64,000 nt of DNA from a virus (IMGVR_UViG_3300027788_000004:68787-132786), one strand, 5' to 3'; numbered from the stretch's first letter, positions 1 through 10,444 are shown. Numbers and translations are program-made. Notes: generated from the sequence alone by a model not told the origin.

Positions 1-2
1 AG

Positions 3-1235
3 TCGATAAAACAACAGTTTTTCGATAATGAAGAGCTTGGTTTAATGTATAAGGTATCTTCAGTTTTCTTTGAACGATTCAAAGAATCACCTTCCCAAGA
101 CCAAATAAAATTATTAACTAGACAAAAACAATTTAAGGAAAGATTAACAGAATCGTTAGTAGATCTTGTATTTGATCAGAATATGAAATCATATGACGAT
201 GAATGGTTGATGGAAACTACAGAAGCTTGGATACTATGGAAGAACTTAGATAAAACAATTGTTGATACAATTGAATATGTAAAATCAGCTAAAGTTACAC
301 CACAGAATATAAAAGAGATTGTAAGTAAAACTAAAGGTCTTTTTGTTGAAAATAATTCTATTGTTTTTGATGAATCTTTAGGACTTAATTTCTTTGATCC
401 AGAATCTCACAAAGTATCAAGTGAAAATAGAATAACATCAACACACAATTGGGTAGATGATCGAAGTTCTGGTGGATATTCAACCAAAACTTTAATTGTA
501 TATGCCGGTGAACAAAATATAGGAAAATCTATTTGGTTAGCTAATGATGCTGTTAAATATATTAAAGAAGGTATGGATGTTGCATTCATATCTGCAGAAA
601 TGGCTGAAGGTGATGTGGTTCAAAGAATAGGTGCAAATATGTTAAATATCCCTATGTCTAAATATGAACAATTTGCAAAGAATCCTGAAAAACTTAAAAA
701 GAAATTATCTGCGTTATCTGGTGCTATCATACCACCAGGAAATTTATATGTAAAGGAGTTTCCAACTTCTCAGGCAACCGTTGGAGATTTAGAAAGTTAC
801 TTACGAACATTGGAAGATTCCAAAGGTATTAAATTGAAAGTAATTATAGTTGATTACATCAATATACTAGCAAATCAACGAAATCCAAATACTGAAAATA
901 CATATATGAAGATTAAGCAAATTGCAGAAGATCTTCGAGCAATGGCACAAAGAAACGAATGGATAATAATCACAGGTACTCAAATTAACAGAAGTGGTTA
1001 TGATTCATCAGAAATTAACATGGGTAACATCGCTGAATCTGCAGGTTTATCTCACACTGCCGATATGATGTACGGTATTATACAAGATTCATCGATGCAT
1101 TTAGAAAATGAATACTGGTTAAAGATTCTAAAAATTAGAAAAGGATCAGGTAAAAATTCAAAATGTCGTTATCTAATAAATTATGATTATATGCGACTAG
1201 AAGAAACAGATGAGATATTAAATTCACTATTATAA
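3..1235 (+). CDS. gp41: DnaB-like replicative helicase (T4 gp41-like), 5' end truncated by window edge
   Basis: Walker A AGEQNIGKS, FISAEM, IIVDYINIL, TQINRSG and AESAGLSHTAD motifs; the frame is open upstream of Met at 45 to the window edge. Confidence 0.9.
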   Translation, partial: SIKQQFFDNEELGLMYKVSSVFFERFKESPSQDQIKLLTRQKQFKERLTESLVDLVFDQNMKSYDDEWLMETTEAWILWKNLDKTIVDTIEYVKSAKVTPQNIKEIVSKTKGLFVENNSIVFDESLGLNFFDPESHKVSSENRITSTHNWVDDRSSGGYSTKTLIVYAGEQNIGKSIWLANDAVKYIKEGMDVAFISAEMAEGDVVQRIGANMLNIPMSKYEQFAKNPEKLKKKLSALSGAIIPPGNLYVKEFPTSQATVGDLESYLRTLEDSKGIKLKVIIVDYINILANQRNPNTENTYMKIKQIAEDLRAMAQRNEWIIITGTQINRSGYDSSEINMGNIAESAGLSHTADMMYGIIQDSSMHLENEYWLKILKIRKGSGKNSKCRYLINYDYMRLEETDEILNSLL

Positions 1236-1245
1236 AACAAACATT

Positions 1246-1767
1246 ATGAGTATATTCGAAGACGAAGAAAATCCAGACATAGAGCCTGCAAAATCACAGA
1301 CTCCTGATCCACTAGATCAAACAACTGATTTACAAAAAGATAAGATATTCAATAATAATTATGAATCAACTGATATTGACACAACTCCGATAAAATTCAA
1401 AGTATCTGATGATTATCAAGGAGGAGCTTCTAATTTATCTTTTGAGGATAGATTAGAACAAGATATGGCGTTTGAGGTTATATCAGCGATTTTAGATAAA
1501 AGCAAATTCACTGCATATAATAAACCAGATTCTGAAGGAAGTTTTAAGAAATTAAATAAACTACAGATCAACGAAGTATATTCATTCACTGCAATGCAAT
1601 TACCAAATTTTTCTAGAATTAAAATGTTTTCGATATTACAAGAATACTTCGATGTAAATTCTAATAAGTTCTACGATTCTCTATCAAATACATTCAAAAA
1701 GGAATTAGTTGAAGAATTAAGAGCAGACGGATATTTAGAAGATAAATTAGGCGGACCTTTATTTTAG
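1246..1767 (+). CDS. hypothetical protein
   Basis: 173-aa ORF tightly packed between helicase and gp47; acidic N-terminus. Confidence 0.7.
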   Translation: MSIFEDEENPDIEPAKSQTPDPLDQTTDLQKDKIFNNNYESTDIDTTPIKFKVSDDYQGGASNLSFEDRLEQDMAFEVISAILDKSKFTAYNKPDSEGSFKKLNKLQINEVYSFTAMQLPNFSRIKMFSILQEYFDVNSNKFYDSLSNTFKKELVEELRADGYLEDKLGGPLF

Positions 1768-1769
1768 AT

Positions 1770-2846
1770 ATGACTGAAAATAAAAACGCAAAACGAGTTT
1801 GGATCATATCCGATTCACATTTCGGAGCTAGAAATAATAGTGTAGAATGGTTAGAGCGAATGATATCGTATTTTGAAGATTTTTTCATTCCTACTGTTAA
1901 AGAACATTATAAACCAGGAGATATACTTATTCATTGTGGAGATGTTTACGATAATAGACAATCGATTAATTTATTAGTATTACATAAAACGTTATCTCTT
2001 TTCGAAAGCTTTACTAAGTTATTTGAAGATGGTGTTTATGTTATCGCAGGTAATCATGATATAATGAGAAAGAATTCTAATGATATTTGTTCTCTAGATA
2101 GTTTGAAATATATTCCTGGTGTAAATATACATAAAGAACCAATAACTCTAAAAACTAATTATGCAGATTGTTTATTAATGCCATGGAGAAAATCAGAGGC
2201 TGATGAATCTGTGGTAGTTAACGGCTCTAACGCAGATTATTTATTTTGCCACACTACAATAATGGGTGCTAAATTCGATAAGTATAGACATAGTGGTGCA
2301 GGTATTGATTCAACTGAATGCAAACAGTTTAAGAAAGTTTATACTGGACATATTCATACATCACAAGATTATAAGAATATATGTTATGTAGGTAATCCTT
2401 ACCAAATGACTCGATCAGATACTAACAATATGAAAGGATTTAGATGCTTAGATTTAGAATCAGGAAAAGAACTATTTTTTGAAAATACATACTCACCAAA
2501 GTTCGTAAAAATATACGTAAATAAAGCATTAGAAAATACTACTGAGGATATAGTTAAAGTATCTAATAATAACTTTGTTGATGTGTATGTGCCTAATGAT
2601 TATTTAATGAAATATCAGGTAACTCCTTTAATAGACGAAATTAGTAAAGTATCAAAACGATTGGATGTTATTCCATTTGAATTAGACGAAGAATCTAATA
2701 TGCAAGAATATGATATTGATTACGATAAAACTTTAGATACCTATAATTTATGTGAAAAATTTGTAGGTGGTATGAGTTTAGATGATGGAACAAAAAAGAA
2801 GGTGCTAAAAAAACTTAAACAAGCTTATTTAGAAGCGTTAAAATAA
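1770..2846 (+). CDS. gp47: recombination nuclease, Mre11/SbcD-like (T4 gp47)
   Basis: Metallophosphoesterase motifs SDSHFG, CGDVYD, AGNHD, FCH, TGHIH; adjacent to an SMC-like ATPase. Confidence 0.92.
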   Translation: MTENKNAKRVWIISDSHFGARNNSVEWLERMISYFEDFFIPTVKEHYKPGDILIHCGDVYDNRQSINLLVLHKTLSLFESFTKLFEDGVYVIAGNHDIMRKNSNDICSLDSLKYIPGVNIHKEPITLKTNYADCLLMPWRKSEADESVVVNGSNADYLFCHTTIMGAKFDKYRHSGAGIDSTECKQFKKVYTGHIHTSQDYKNICYVGNPYQMTRSDTNNMKGFRCLDLESGKELFFENTYSPKFVKIYVNKALENTTEDIVKVSNNNFVDVYVPNDYLMKYQVTPLIDEISKVSKRLDVIPFELDEESNMQEYDIDYDKTLDTYNLCEKFVGGMSLDDGTKKKVLKKLKQAYLEALK

Positions 2847-2847
2847 T

Positions 2848-4518
2848 ATGAGAATACAAAGTATAGAATGGAAAAATTTTAATGGCTATGGTAACATAGC
2901 ACAACATATAGATTTTTCTAAAGATGGACAACTATATTTATTAGTTGGACAAAACGGAGCTGGTAAGAGTACAATTGCAGAAGTAATCACATACGGCTTA
3001 TATGGTAAAGTTGAAGGTAAACGTTTAGGCGACTTAGCTAATAGAATAAACAAGGGTATGGAAGTTGTTATCAATGTAAAATGTAAAGGAAAAGACGTTA
3101 CATTAAAACGTGGTATTGGCCCAAATTATTTTGAAGCATTTATTGACGGAAAACAATATGATCAAGCTGGTAATAAAAATGTTCAAGAGTATTTAGAAAC
3201 AGAATTATATGATATACCATATCAAGTCTTTAAGAATATAATTATATTATCTGTTAATGATTTCAAATCGTTTTTAACAATGAACAGTCATGATAAACGA
3301 AATATCGTTGATAGATTATTCGGATTCACAGTTATCAATCATATGCGAGAATCAATACGAGAAAATCGTAGAGAAGTTAAACAACACATAAGAACTTTAT
3401 ACGATGAGCTTAATATATTAGATGATACTGTTATTTCTATCAACGAAAAGATAGATTTATTAAAGAAGGAAAAGAAAGTAGATCAGAAAAAACTGATAAA
3501 AGAATATGAAGAAAAACTTACTCAGGTAAGATCAAAACATATAGAAACGTCAGAGAAATTGAAAAACCTCAATAATAAATATATCGAATTCGAAAACATC
3601 GTTCAAGAGAAGTCACCGCTTGAATCAAATTTAGTCACTAATTTGAAAGATACTAAACGTCGCTTAGATTTGTTTGAAAAAGACTGTTGTCCTACATGTG
3701 GAGGCATTTTCGATATGGCTGGTGAACATGGCCATATTAAAGAAAATTTAATCAAAGGCGCTAAAGACGATAAAAAGATTCTATTAAGCGTTCGAGAAGA
3801 AATCAAATCAGCTAGAACGAATCTAAATAAATGTGATGGTTATGTTAGAACATGTAAAGATTCTATAACTAGATTAGAAACATTAATTGGTCAATATCAA
3901 TTTGAGTTAGATGGTATAATATCTAAATCAGAAAAGAAAGACTTTCAATACTTAAAACAACTCATTTCAGAAAATACTACAACAACAAAATCTAAATCAA
4001 AGGAAAAATATAAAGAAGAAAATAACGATAAATTCCTAGAAGTAGTTGAAACGATATTAGGAGAAGATGGTGTAAAAAACTTAGCATTAAAAACTATACT
4101 GCCTCCATTAAACGCATCAATAGACTCTATGGTTAAACAAATGCACATACCACATAGAATTAGATTTGATGAAAAGTTTAATTGTAAAGTTACTGCACTT
4201 GGAGAGGAAATCAACCCTAAAACAATGAGTACAGGTGAACGCAAAAAAACAGACTTTATTATTATCATTGCAATGATCAAATTGTTAAAGGTTAGATATC
4301 CAAGTATTAACCTTCTTTTCTTAGATGAAATTTTCTCATCAATCGATGGAGCTGGGATACATGAAATAATTGCAATTCTTAAAGAAACTATTAACGATAC
4401 AAAATTAAATACATGGGTAATTAATCATTCTGAATTACCAGTTAATTTATTTGATATCAAAGCAGAAGCCTATAAAGAAGGCGGATTCTCCAAATTATCT
4501 TTGGAGACGATATCTTAA
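2848..4518 (+). CDS. gp46: recombination ATPase, Rad50/SbcC-like (T4 gp46)
   Basis: GQNGAGKST Walker A, coiled coil with CPTCG zinc hook, MSTGE signature, FLDE Walker B. Confidence 0.93.
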   Translation: MRIQSIEWKNFNGYGNIAQHIDFSKDGQLYLLVGQNGAGKSTIAEVITYGLYGKVEGKRLGDLANRINKGMEVVINVKCKGKDVTLKRGIGPNYFEAFIDGKQYDQAGNKNVQEYLETELYDIPYQVFKNIIILSVNDFKSFLTMNSHDKRNIVDRLFGFTVINHMRESIRENRREVKQHIRTLYDELNILDDTVISINEKIDLLKKEKKVDQKKLIKEYEEKLTQVRSKHIETSEKLKNLNNKYIEFENIVQEKSPLESNLVTNLKDTKRRLDLFEKDCCPTCGGIFDMAGEHGHIKENLIKGAKDDKKILLSVREEIKSARTNLNKCDGYVRTCKDSITRLETLIGQYQFELDGIISKSEKKDFQYLKQLISENTTTTKSKSKEKYKEENNDKFLEVVETILGEDGVKNLALKTILPPLNASIDSMVKQMHIPHRIRFDEKFNCKVTALGEEINPKTMSTGERKKTDFIIIIAMIKLLKVRYPSINLLFLDEIFSSIDGAGIHEIIAILKETINDTKLNTWVINHSELPVNLFDIKAEAYKEGGFSKLSLETIS

Positions 4519-4520
4519 TG

Positions 4521-4529
4521 GATATATAA
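4521..4529 (+). promoter_or_regulatory. putative late promoter GATATATAA (one of ~18 RATATATA[A/G/C] copies)
   Basis: Same motif upstream of structural or late ORFs at 5449, 7232, 10415, 12047, 15703, 18578, 25007, 25321, 29764, 33432, 34239, 39730, 47471, 48289, 50315, 53038, 56516. Confidence 0.75.
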
Positions 4530-4547
4530 AAAAACTACAAATTATAG

Positions 4548-5423
4548 ATGGCTCAATTATATGACTTAGAATTTAATAAAAACGATGTTGTCTTACGGAA
4601 TATCTTAGTTGGTGTATTAGCTACATTAAACAACAGGATGTACTGGTATAATCAAATTTCTCAAACGGAAAAGAAGAAAATCAACGTACCTTTTTATTTT
4701 AGCACTACCGGTGATGAACGATTCTTAATGGATTCTTTTATGAACGATGTTGCATACGAAGATCCGACATTACCGAGTGGTAAAGCTGAAGGACCTTATA
4801 ATAAAATACCTAGAGGAATTATACAATTAGATGGAATCAATATAGACGCAGGTTCTATGACTAATAAATTTGTAAGAGCCTTTTATCAAAGAGTTCAAGC
4901 AGATGGAACATTAAAAACATTAAATTCTGAAGTATTTATGATACCATTAAAACTTCCATTTTCGTGTGAAATTTATGTGGATTCTAATTTAGATATATTT
5001 AAGGCTATTCAGAGAGTTATTGAAATTTTCTATAAACATCAGGTTTTTCAAGTAGATATAGACGGAACTAGAATACCAGCAATGGCAAGCTTACCAGAAG
5101 ATTACGAAAAGGAAAGACCATTAGAATATACTTTTAGCGATAAAAAAACATGGAAAGTTTCGTTTGCTATAGAAGTAAACACATTTATGCCTATATTCAA
5201 AAATGAAGAAAATGGATTTACTGGTGCTGCTAATACAGAAATGGATGCATCTAATATAGTTCAAGCATGGAATTTGAGTACAAATGTAACAGGAAGTACA
5301 CAGGGCATAAAAAATACTCTTGCAACAAGTCCTTATATTGGAGAAGATGCTTGGCCAATCAATCCACCTGGTGGATCTAATCCACTTCATCCAACTGGTG
5401 GATCGCATTCTAAGAACCCTTAA
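4548..5423 (+). CDS. gp15: tail sheath stabilizer / tail terminator (T4 gp15-like)
   Basis: INVPFYF, KIPRGII, PLKLPFSCEIYVD..LDIFKAIQRVIEIF pattern resembling the gp15 family; late promoter upstream. Confidence 0.65.
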   Translation: MAQLYDLEFNKNDVVLRNILVGVLATLNNRMYWYNQISQTEKKKINVPFYFSTTGDERFLMDSFMNDVAYEDPTLPSGKAEGPYNKIPRGIIQLDGINIDAGSMTNKFVRAFYQRVQADGTLKTLNSEVFMIPLKLPFSCEIYVDSNLDIFKAIQRVIEIFYKHQVFQVDIDGTRIPAMASLPEDYEKERPLEYTFSDKKTWKVSFAIEVNTFMPIFKNEENGFTGAANTEMDASNIVQAWNLSTNVTGSTQGIKNTLATSPYIGEDAWPINPPGGSNPLHPTGGSHSKNP

Positions 5424-5478
5424 TAAAATAGTATGCAAACAATAGATAAATATATAAACAAAATAAAACTACAGAAAA

Positions 5479-7215
5479 ATGGCTAAAATTAAAAGCTTTG
5501 ATGAGTTTGTAAACGAGAACTTGGTACTCCAAGGTAATTATAGATATTTCGGACCTGGTTCACTAGACCCGATAATTCAACAATTACTAGGTGAAGGTAA
5601 AAATGTATCAATTATACGTTCATATTTAACATCAATAGGTGTTGATGCTCAGCGAATAAATAAAGCAATGGCAAAATTCGAAATGGAATTAGCTATCGGC
5701 GAAAAGAAAGTAAATGAAAAATCAGTTAATGAAGGTCCTGATTATGATGAAGCAAAATATCAAATGGATAAAATCTTCGGAGATGATCAAGAATCTATTG
5801 AGAAGTTTCAAGATATCGAAGATAACGGAAACGTTAAAGATATGATCGAGTATATAAATGGATATGGAGATGAGGATAGATTAGCTGACTATGGCATAAA
5901 AACTAATGCTCATGTTAAAGGTTTTGCTAAACGTATAATGGAAAGCAAACCAGTTACTGAAGGTAAGGTTTGGACATTAGTATCTAGCGGAAATGGTTTC
6001 TATGGAGGAAGTGGAACGAGTAGAACTGAAACTACACATGACTTAAAACTTGCTATGAAATTTAAGAACATAAAACAAGCTACAAAGGTTTCTAAAGAAC
6101 TTGCTAAGGAAGGTTTTCCTAATATGGTTCATGTAATGAATGAATCAGAAGTAAATGAAGGAATTGTTAAAAAAGACAAAGATAAAGAATCTGCGGCTAA
6201 AGGCGGTGCCGATGTTTATGTTGATGGAAACGATGTTGATTTTGTAGAAGCATTCCAATATAAAGAATGGAATAAAAAAGAAAAGGATTTAGATCCTACA
6301 AATGCTAATAAATATAAAGCTGGTTCAAACGACATAGTTTTTGCTGTAAGCAATATAGATAATGGCGATATAACTTTTTATCCTGGTAATGCACTAGAAG
6401 TTGTAGAATCTAAAAAAGTAAAATCTACTTTTGAAGAAAATGCTACTAAACTTCTAAAGGATATAAACGAAGAAGAAGAGCCTAAAAAAGCTGCATTTGA
6501 AGAAGTTGCTGATAAATTCTTAAAAACTCTTAATGAAGATGATGATGAAAAGGTTGAAGAGAAATTAAATAAAAAAACTCTTCAAGTTGAAGCTGACGGA
6601 GAAGATATCGATGATATGATCGACGATTTAGTTGATGGCGATGAAGATGAAACTCAAGGACCTGACGATGATGCACCTGATGATTCTCCAGAAGAAAAAA
6701 TTAAAGATGGTGAATCTCCAGCTGATGCAGTTGAAGGTGACGAAGATGATAATGCATCACCAAGCGATAAACTTCAAAATGCTGCTAAGGAATTAGCTAA
6801 AGATTCTAAAAAATTAGAGAAGATTAAAAAACTTTTAGGAGAGGCTAACGAACTTATTGAAGCAGATACTATAGAATTGGATGACGACGGAGAAGAGGTT
6901 GAAGATGCTGAAAATATGGAAGTTGCTGATAACGGTGATGAGGTTGAGGTGATGAAGATGAAAAAAGGACCTAAACTAACTAAAGAATCTGATGAATGGA
7001 GCGACGATGTAAAAACTAAATGGACTCCACCTGCAGGATTATTTACAGAACCAGCTACTAAGATCGCAACCGTTTTAGCTGATGCAAGTAAAGATTTAGA
7101 CCAAGCAATGTCGAGAATAGATTTCTATATAAACAGAGCTGGTAAATTACTTAAACCTAAGGATAAACAAAACTTAGAAGCAGTTAAACCTTTATTGAGA
7201 AAAAAGTTCGCTTAA
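5479..7215 (+). CDS. putative internal head protein or polyprotein with capsid-targeting N-terminus
   Basis: Starts MAKIKSFDEFVNE; recurrent internal VNE/VTE/INE/LNE motifs; acidic low-complexity region; late promoter at 5449. Confidence 0.6.
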   Translation: MAKIKSFDEFVNENLVLQGNYRYFGPGSLDPIIQQLLGEGKNVSIIRSYLTSIGVDAQRINKAMAKFEMELAIGEKKVNEKSVNEGPDYDEAKYQMDKIFGDDQESIEKFQDIEDNGNVKDMIEYINGYGDEDRLADYGIKTNAHVKGFAKRIMESKPVTEGKVWTLVSSGNGFYGGSGTSRTETTHDLKLAMKFKNIKQATKVSKELAKEGFPNMVHVMNESEVNEGIVKKDKDKESAAKGGADVYVDGNDVDFVEAFQYKEWNKKEKDLDPTNANKYKAGSNDIVFAVSNIDNGDITFYPGNALEVVESKKVKSTFEENATKLLKDINEEEEPKKAAFEEVADKFLKTLNEDDDEKVEEKLNKKTLQVEADGEDIDDMIDDLVDGDEDETQGPDDDAPDDSPEEKIKDGESPADAVEGDEDDNASPSDKLQNAAKELAKDSKKLEKIKKLLGEANELIEADTIELDDDGEEVEDAENMEVADNGDEVEVMKMKKGPKLTKESDEWSDDVKTKWTPPAGLFTEPATKIATVLADASKDLDQAMSRIDFYINRAGKLLKPKDKQNLEAVKPLLRKKFA

Positions 7216-7270
7216 TCAAAATAGGGTTGAAGATATATAATAAATAATAATAAAAAAAACTATTCAAAAA

Positions 7271-8749
7271 ATGTCAAAAGCGATTAAAGATCTAGATTTG
7301 AGATCAAGACTAGAAAACCTTTACGGATCATTAAGTGATGCAAATGGTTCTTCTAAAGCTATTGTTGAAAAATATATAGGACAGATTGATCTTGCAAGTG
7401 ATTACTTCATAATGAGAGATATTTGTTTTGAAATGAAACAATACGATTGGATTCCTAGTGTAGATGCATTTATTAATGAAACCGTTACTTATGTACGAGA
7501 AAATGCGGTCTCTATTGGTGTTTCTAATACTTTAGAAAATCTAAGAAAAGATAAAAATCATCGTTCTTATATAGGAGCGATAAACACTCTAGAAGAATTA
7601 AAGGATTTAAGTGAATCCGATCTTCAAAAGAGATTACCAAACAAAATGAGAACTCATGCATGGGTTCCAGGTATTAAAGAATTAGTTTCTGAAACAGAAG
7701 CTCTTTTAGGAAACAACGATACCAGTGATAAACGATTTACTCACAAATCTCCAATTTCTCCTATCATGGAATGCGAACAAGGTAACACATTATTTTGTGT
7801 AGGAAATAGAGTTTATTCAATGAATGAAGCTGAGGAATTAAGATTAGCTAGCAGAGATGAAGTTAGTGATAAATTCTTAAGTCTAGTTGGTTTATCAGAA
7901 AACTTTACTGCAACAGAAAATGGATTACGTTTAACAACACATAATAAAATTGTAGACTTAATCATTTCTGAATCTGAAGGTGTGAAATCAATTTCAGTAG
8001 AATTAGACGGAGCTAAAATAAATGAAAATCATTTATCAGCGGCTTTAATGTCAAGTGGAAAATTTAGAACAGATGAATATAGTTCAATACGAGTTTTAGA
8101 ACATGCAGTATCTGAATATAAAAACTTATATGAATTAGATTTTGTAGATACAATTACTTCTAATGTCTATGAAGGCGTTCAAGTAAATGTTATCAAAACC
8201 GATAATGGAGTTTATATCAACAAGATAAATTCACACATGAACGAAAATACATTAATCAAACCAGATTCTACAAGAGATGCAATTAATTTAGTTTCTGAAT
8301 TCGTTGATTATGATATTACTAATAGCGTACAAGATTTACTTGAGGCTGAGAAAACTGAAGATGAAGCTAAAGAGCAACAAGAAACTGATGTTTATGAAAG
8401 AATCGATCATATTAAAAATGAAATTTCTAAATTATCTTCTTTAGATATGGAAGATATGCAAGAAATTAAAGAAGCTAAAAAACTTCTTAACGATGCATTA
8501 CTTAAAGAACAAGATAGATTAAACACAATGTTCAAATCTAAAAACGTTGTAATGCACGAAGATTCTTCTGATGGTGATTATGTACCTGGTGAAATAAAAA
8601 TTAAAGTTGATACTTTTGGTCCTGGAACTAAAGTACAGGTTTCTGCTGGACAATATGCTGAAAGAGGCGCTAAAGATTCTATAGCAATTATTTTACCAGA
8701 TAATAAAATGGAAAACATTCAAAAGAAATATCTTTCTGTTGAAATCTAA
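7271..8749 (+). CDS. putative prohead core/scaffold-associated protein
   Basis: Late promoter at 7232; many hydrophobic-x-E motifs (INET, LSES, VSET, MNEA, ISES, INEN, VYEG, LLEA); close to the head genes. Confidence 0.45.
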   Translation: MSKAIKDLDLRSRLENLYGSLSDANGSSKAIVEKYIGQIDLASDYFIMRDICFEMKQYDWIPSVDAFINETVTYVRENAVSIGVSNTLENLRKDKNHRSYIGAINTLEELKDLSESDLQKRLPNKMRTHAWVPGIKELVSETEALLGNNDTSDKRFTHKSPISPIMECEQGNTLFCVGNRVYSMNEAEELRLASRDEVSDKFLSLVGLSENFTATENGLRLTTHNKIVDLIISESEGVKSISVELDGAKINENHLSAALMSSGKFRTDEYSSIRVLEHAVSEYKNLYELDFVDTITSNVYEGVQVNVIKTDNGVYINKINSHMNENTLIKPDSTRDAINLVSEFVDYDITNSVQDLLEAEKTEDEAKEQQETDVYERIDHIKNEISKLSSLDMEDMQEIKEAKKLLNDALLKEQDRLNTMFKSKNVVMHEDSSDGDYVPGEIKIKVDTFGPGTKVQVSAGQYAERGAKDSIAIILPDNKMENIQKKYLSVEI

Positions 8750-8784
8750 GAATTGAATATAAATTTTAGATATAATATAAATAG

Positions 8785-8816
8785 AATCGAGGTCTCTGGC
8801 CTCGATTTTGTTGTTT
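8785..8816 (+). terminator. intrinsic terminator
   Basis: AATCGAGGT-ctctg-GCCTCGATT hairpin followed by TTGTTGTTT. Confidence 0.7.
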
Positions 8817-8829
8817 CTGGCTAAGGAAT

Positions 8830-8857
8830 GAAACAATTCTTTTGGATCTGCATATAA
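8830..8857 (+). promoter_or_regulatory. putative middle promoter GAAAC-N16-CATATAA upstream of the late sigma gene
   Basis: Same bipartite motif and spacing at 21388, 22493, 39747, 44312, 54996, 61501 (N16) and 45235 (N15). Confidence 0.8.
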
Positions 8858-8885
8858 TATATAACTAATAAAAACATCGGACCAC

Positions 8886-9245
8886 ATGGCAAAAGTATAT
8901 TTAAGAAACAAAGATTTATTAGCAGAAATAATCTTATCAAAAGAACAAGGCAAATTAACACCAGAAGGCGTTAGGATGTTAGTTTTATTATCGGAAAGAG
9001 CAATACGACGATTGCAATATAGAAACCCAGATGATCGAGATGATTGTTTAGCATTTGCACAGTTAGATCTATTTAAGTATTGGGATCGTTTCAAACCTGA
9101 AAAATCCACAAATGCATTTGCATATTTTACACAAATTGCAAAAAAAGGATATGCAAAAGGATGGAATAAATTATATCCAAAAAAATACTCAAATACCATT
9201 AGATTATCAGGATCCAGCGATGATGGTGGTATTTATTCTCTATAA
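8886..9245 (+). CDS. gp55: late transcription sigma factor (T4 gp55-like, short)
   Basis: YLRNKDLLAEI N-terminus and FKPEKSTNAFAYFTQIA motif typical of the gp55 family. Confidence 0.82.
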   Translation: MAKVYLRNKDLLAEIILSKEQGKLTPEGVRMLVLLSERAIRRLQYRNPDDRDDCLAFAQLDLFKYWDRFKPEKSTNAFAYFTQIAKKGYAKGWNKLYPKKYSNTIRLSGSSDDGGIYSL

Positions 9246-9250
9246 TCTGC

Positions 9251-9724
9251 TTGATGGATATTAAAAACAATAAACCTAAAAAGAACTCAGGATTTAGTCA
9301 AGGCTATTTTCCTTTGAATGAATGTAAAAAATATGTCGGTAAAGGACCTATTATTTATAGATCTTCATGGGAAAGAAAGTTTTGTATGTATTGTGAATCA
9401 AATCCATCCGTTATGCATTGGTCATCGGAACCTTGTAAAATTGAGTATATAAATTCTTTAGATGGTAGAAAACATAATTACTTTCCTGATTATTATATGA
9501 AATTGGATAGCGGTAAAGAATATCTTATAGAAGTTAAGCCATCTGCTCAATTAAAAAAACCAACCCATCCTAAAAGAAAAACTACTAAAGCAGTTAAAAA
9601 TTATAAGTATGCATATGAAATGTATGTAACAAATATGTGTAAAGCTTCTTACGCAGAAGAGTATTGTAGAAAACGAGGATGGCAATATAAGATAGTAACC
9701 GAAGCATTTTTCAAAACACTTTAA
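9251..9724 (+). CDS. gp4: head completion nuclease (T4 gp4-like, TnsA-type)
   Basis: KYVGKGPIIYRSSWERKFC, WSSE, YFPDY, LIEVKP motifs. Confidence 0.88.
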   Translation: MMDIKNNKPKKNSGFSQGYFPLNECKKYVGKGPIIYRSSWERKFCMYCESNPSVMHWSSEPCKIEYINSLDGRKHNYFPDYYMKLDSGKEYLIEVKPSAQLKKPTHPKRKTTKAVKNYKYAYEMYVTNMCKASYAEEYCRKRGWQYKIVTEAFFKTL

Positions 9725-9727
9725 GAT

Positions 9728-10414
9728 ATGGCAGATAATTACGTCGGAAGAGCTTTTGCAGAATTACCAGAACTAAGTGAAATCAACAGAGATTTCGAAG
9801 GGTATGTTAATAATTGGGAAAAGAAATATGGTGGTGGTAAACAAGCTGAGCAATATGCATTAACGTGGTTTGAAGAGGCATTAGCTGATAAAGATGAAAC
9901 TGCTGTAGAAGAATTTTCAGATAGAGAATTAACATGGGGTAAAATGTTTCATTTCGAATATGATCCTGTTACTGCAGATCGATTAGCGTATTGGGACAAA
10001 TCTCCTATGGTTATTTCATTAGGACGTCACCCAAATGGAAACATATTAGGAATGAACATAAATTTCTTACCAAAGACCGTTAGATACTGGATGGTAGGTA
10101 AGGTGTTTCAGGTATATGAAGGTATGATTATTGCTGCAGCTGCAGGAAAGAATTATAGAAGAGCAACTGCACAACAACAAGTACAAATCGATTATGAGAC
10201 AATTAAAAGATGGTTGGGTAAATTTGGTTTAGACTTTTGTGTTAGACAATATCACATAAATAAAATGAGTAAATTAGCAGTAATTTGCTATGAAGATTGG
10301 GTTAGAGCCGTTATGATAAATTGGAATGACTTTCATCCTATACAAGAAAATGAATTAAAACGTCTTTACGATGAATACTTACAAAAGGTTAGAAAACCAA
10401 AGAAAAAACGTTAA
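9728..10414 (+). CDS. gp2: DNA end protector protein (T4 gp2-like)
   Basis: GKMFHFEYDP...LAYWDKSPMV...GMNINFLP..R pattern; follows gp4. Confidence 0.75.
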   Translation: MADNYVGRAFAELPELSEINRDFEGYVNNWEKKYGGGKQAEQYALTWFEEALADKDETAVEEFSDRELTWGKMFHFEYDPVTADRLAYWDKSPMVISLGRHPNGNILGMNINFLPKTVRYWMVGKVFQVYEGMIIAAAAGKNYRRATAQQQVQIDYETIKRWLGKFGLDFCVRQYHINKMSKLAVICYEDWVRAVMINWNDFHPIQENELKRLYDEYLQKVRKPKKKR

Positions 10415-10444
10415 GATATATAAACTAATAAAAATAAAAATGAA

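Noticed and set aside
8776-8783. Canonical T4 late promoter TATAAATA
   Set aside because: Sits immediately before a terminator hairpin and is not the motif recurring upstream of structural genes; likely chance in AT-rich DNA
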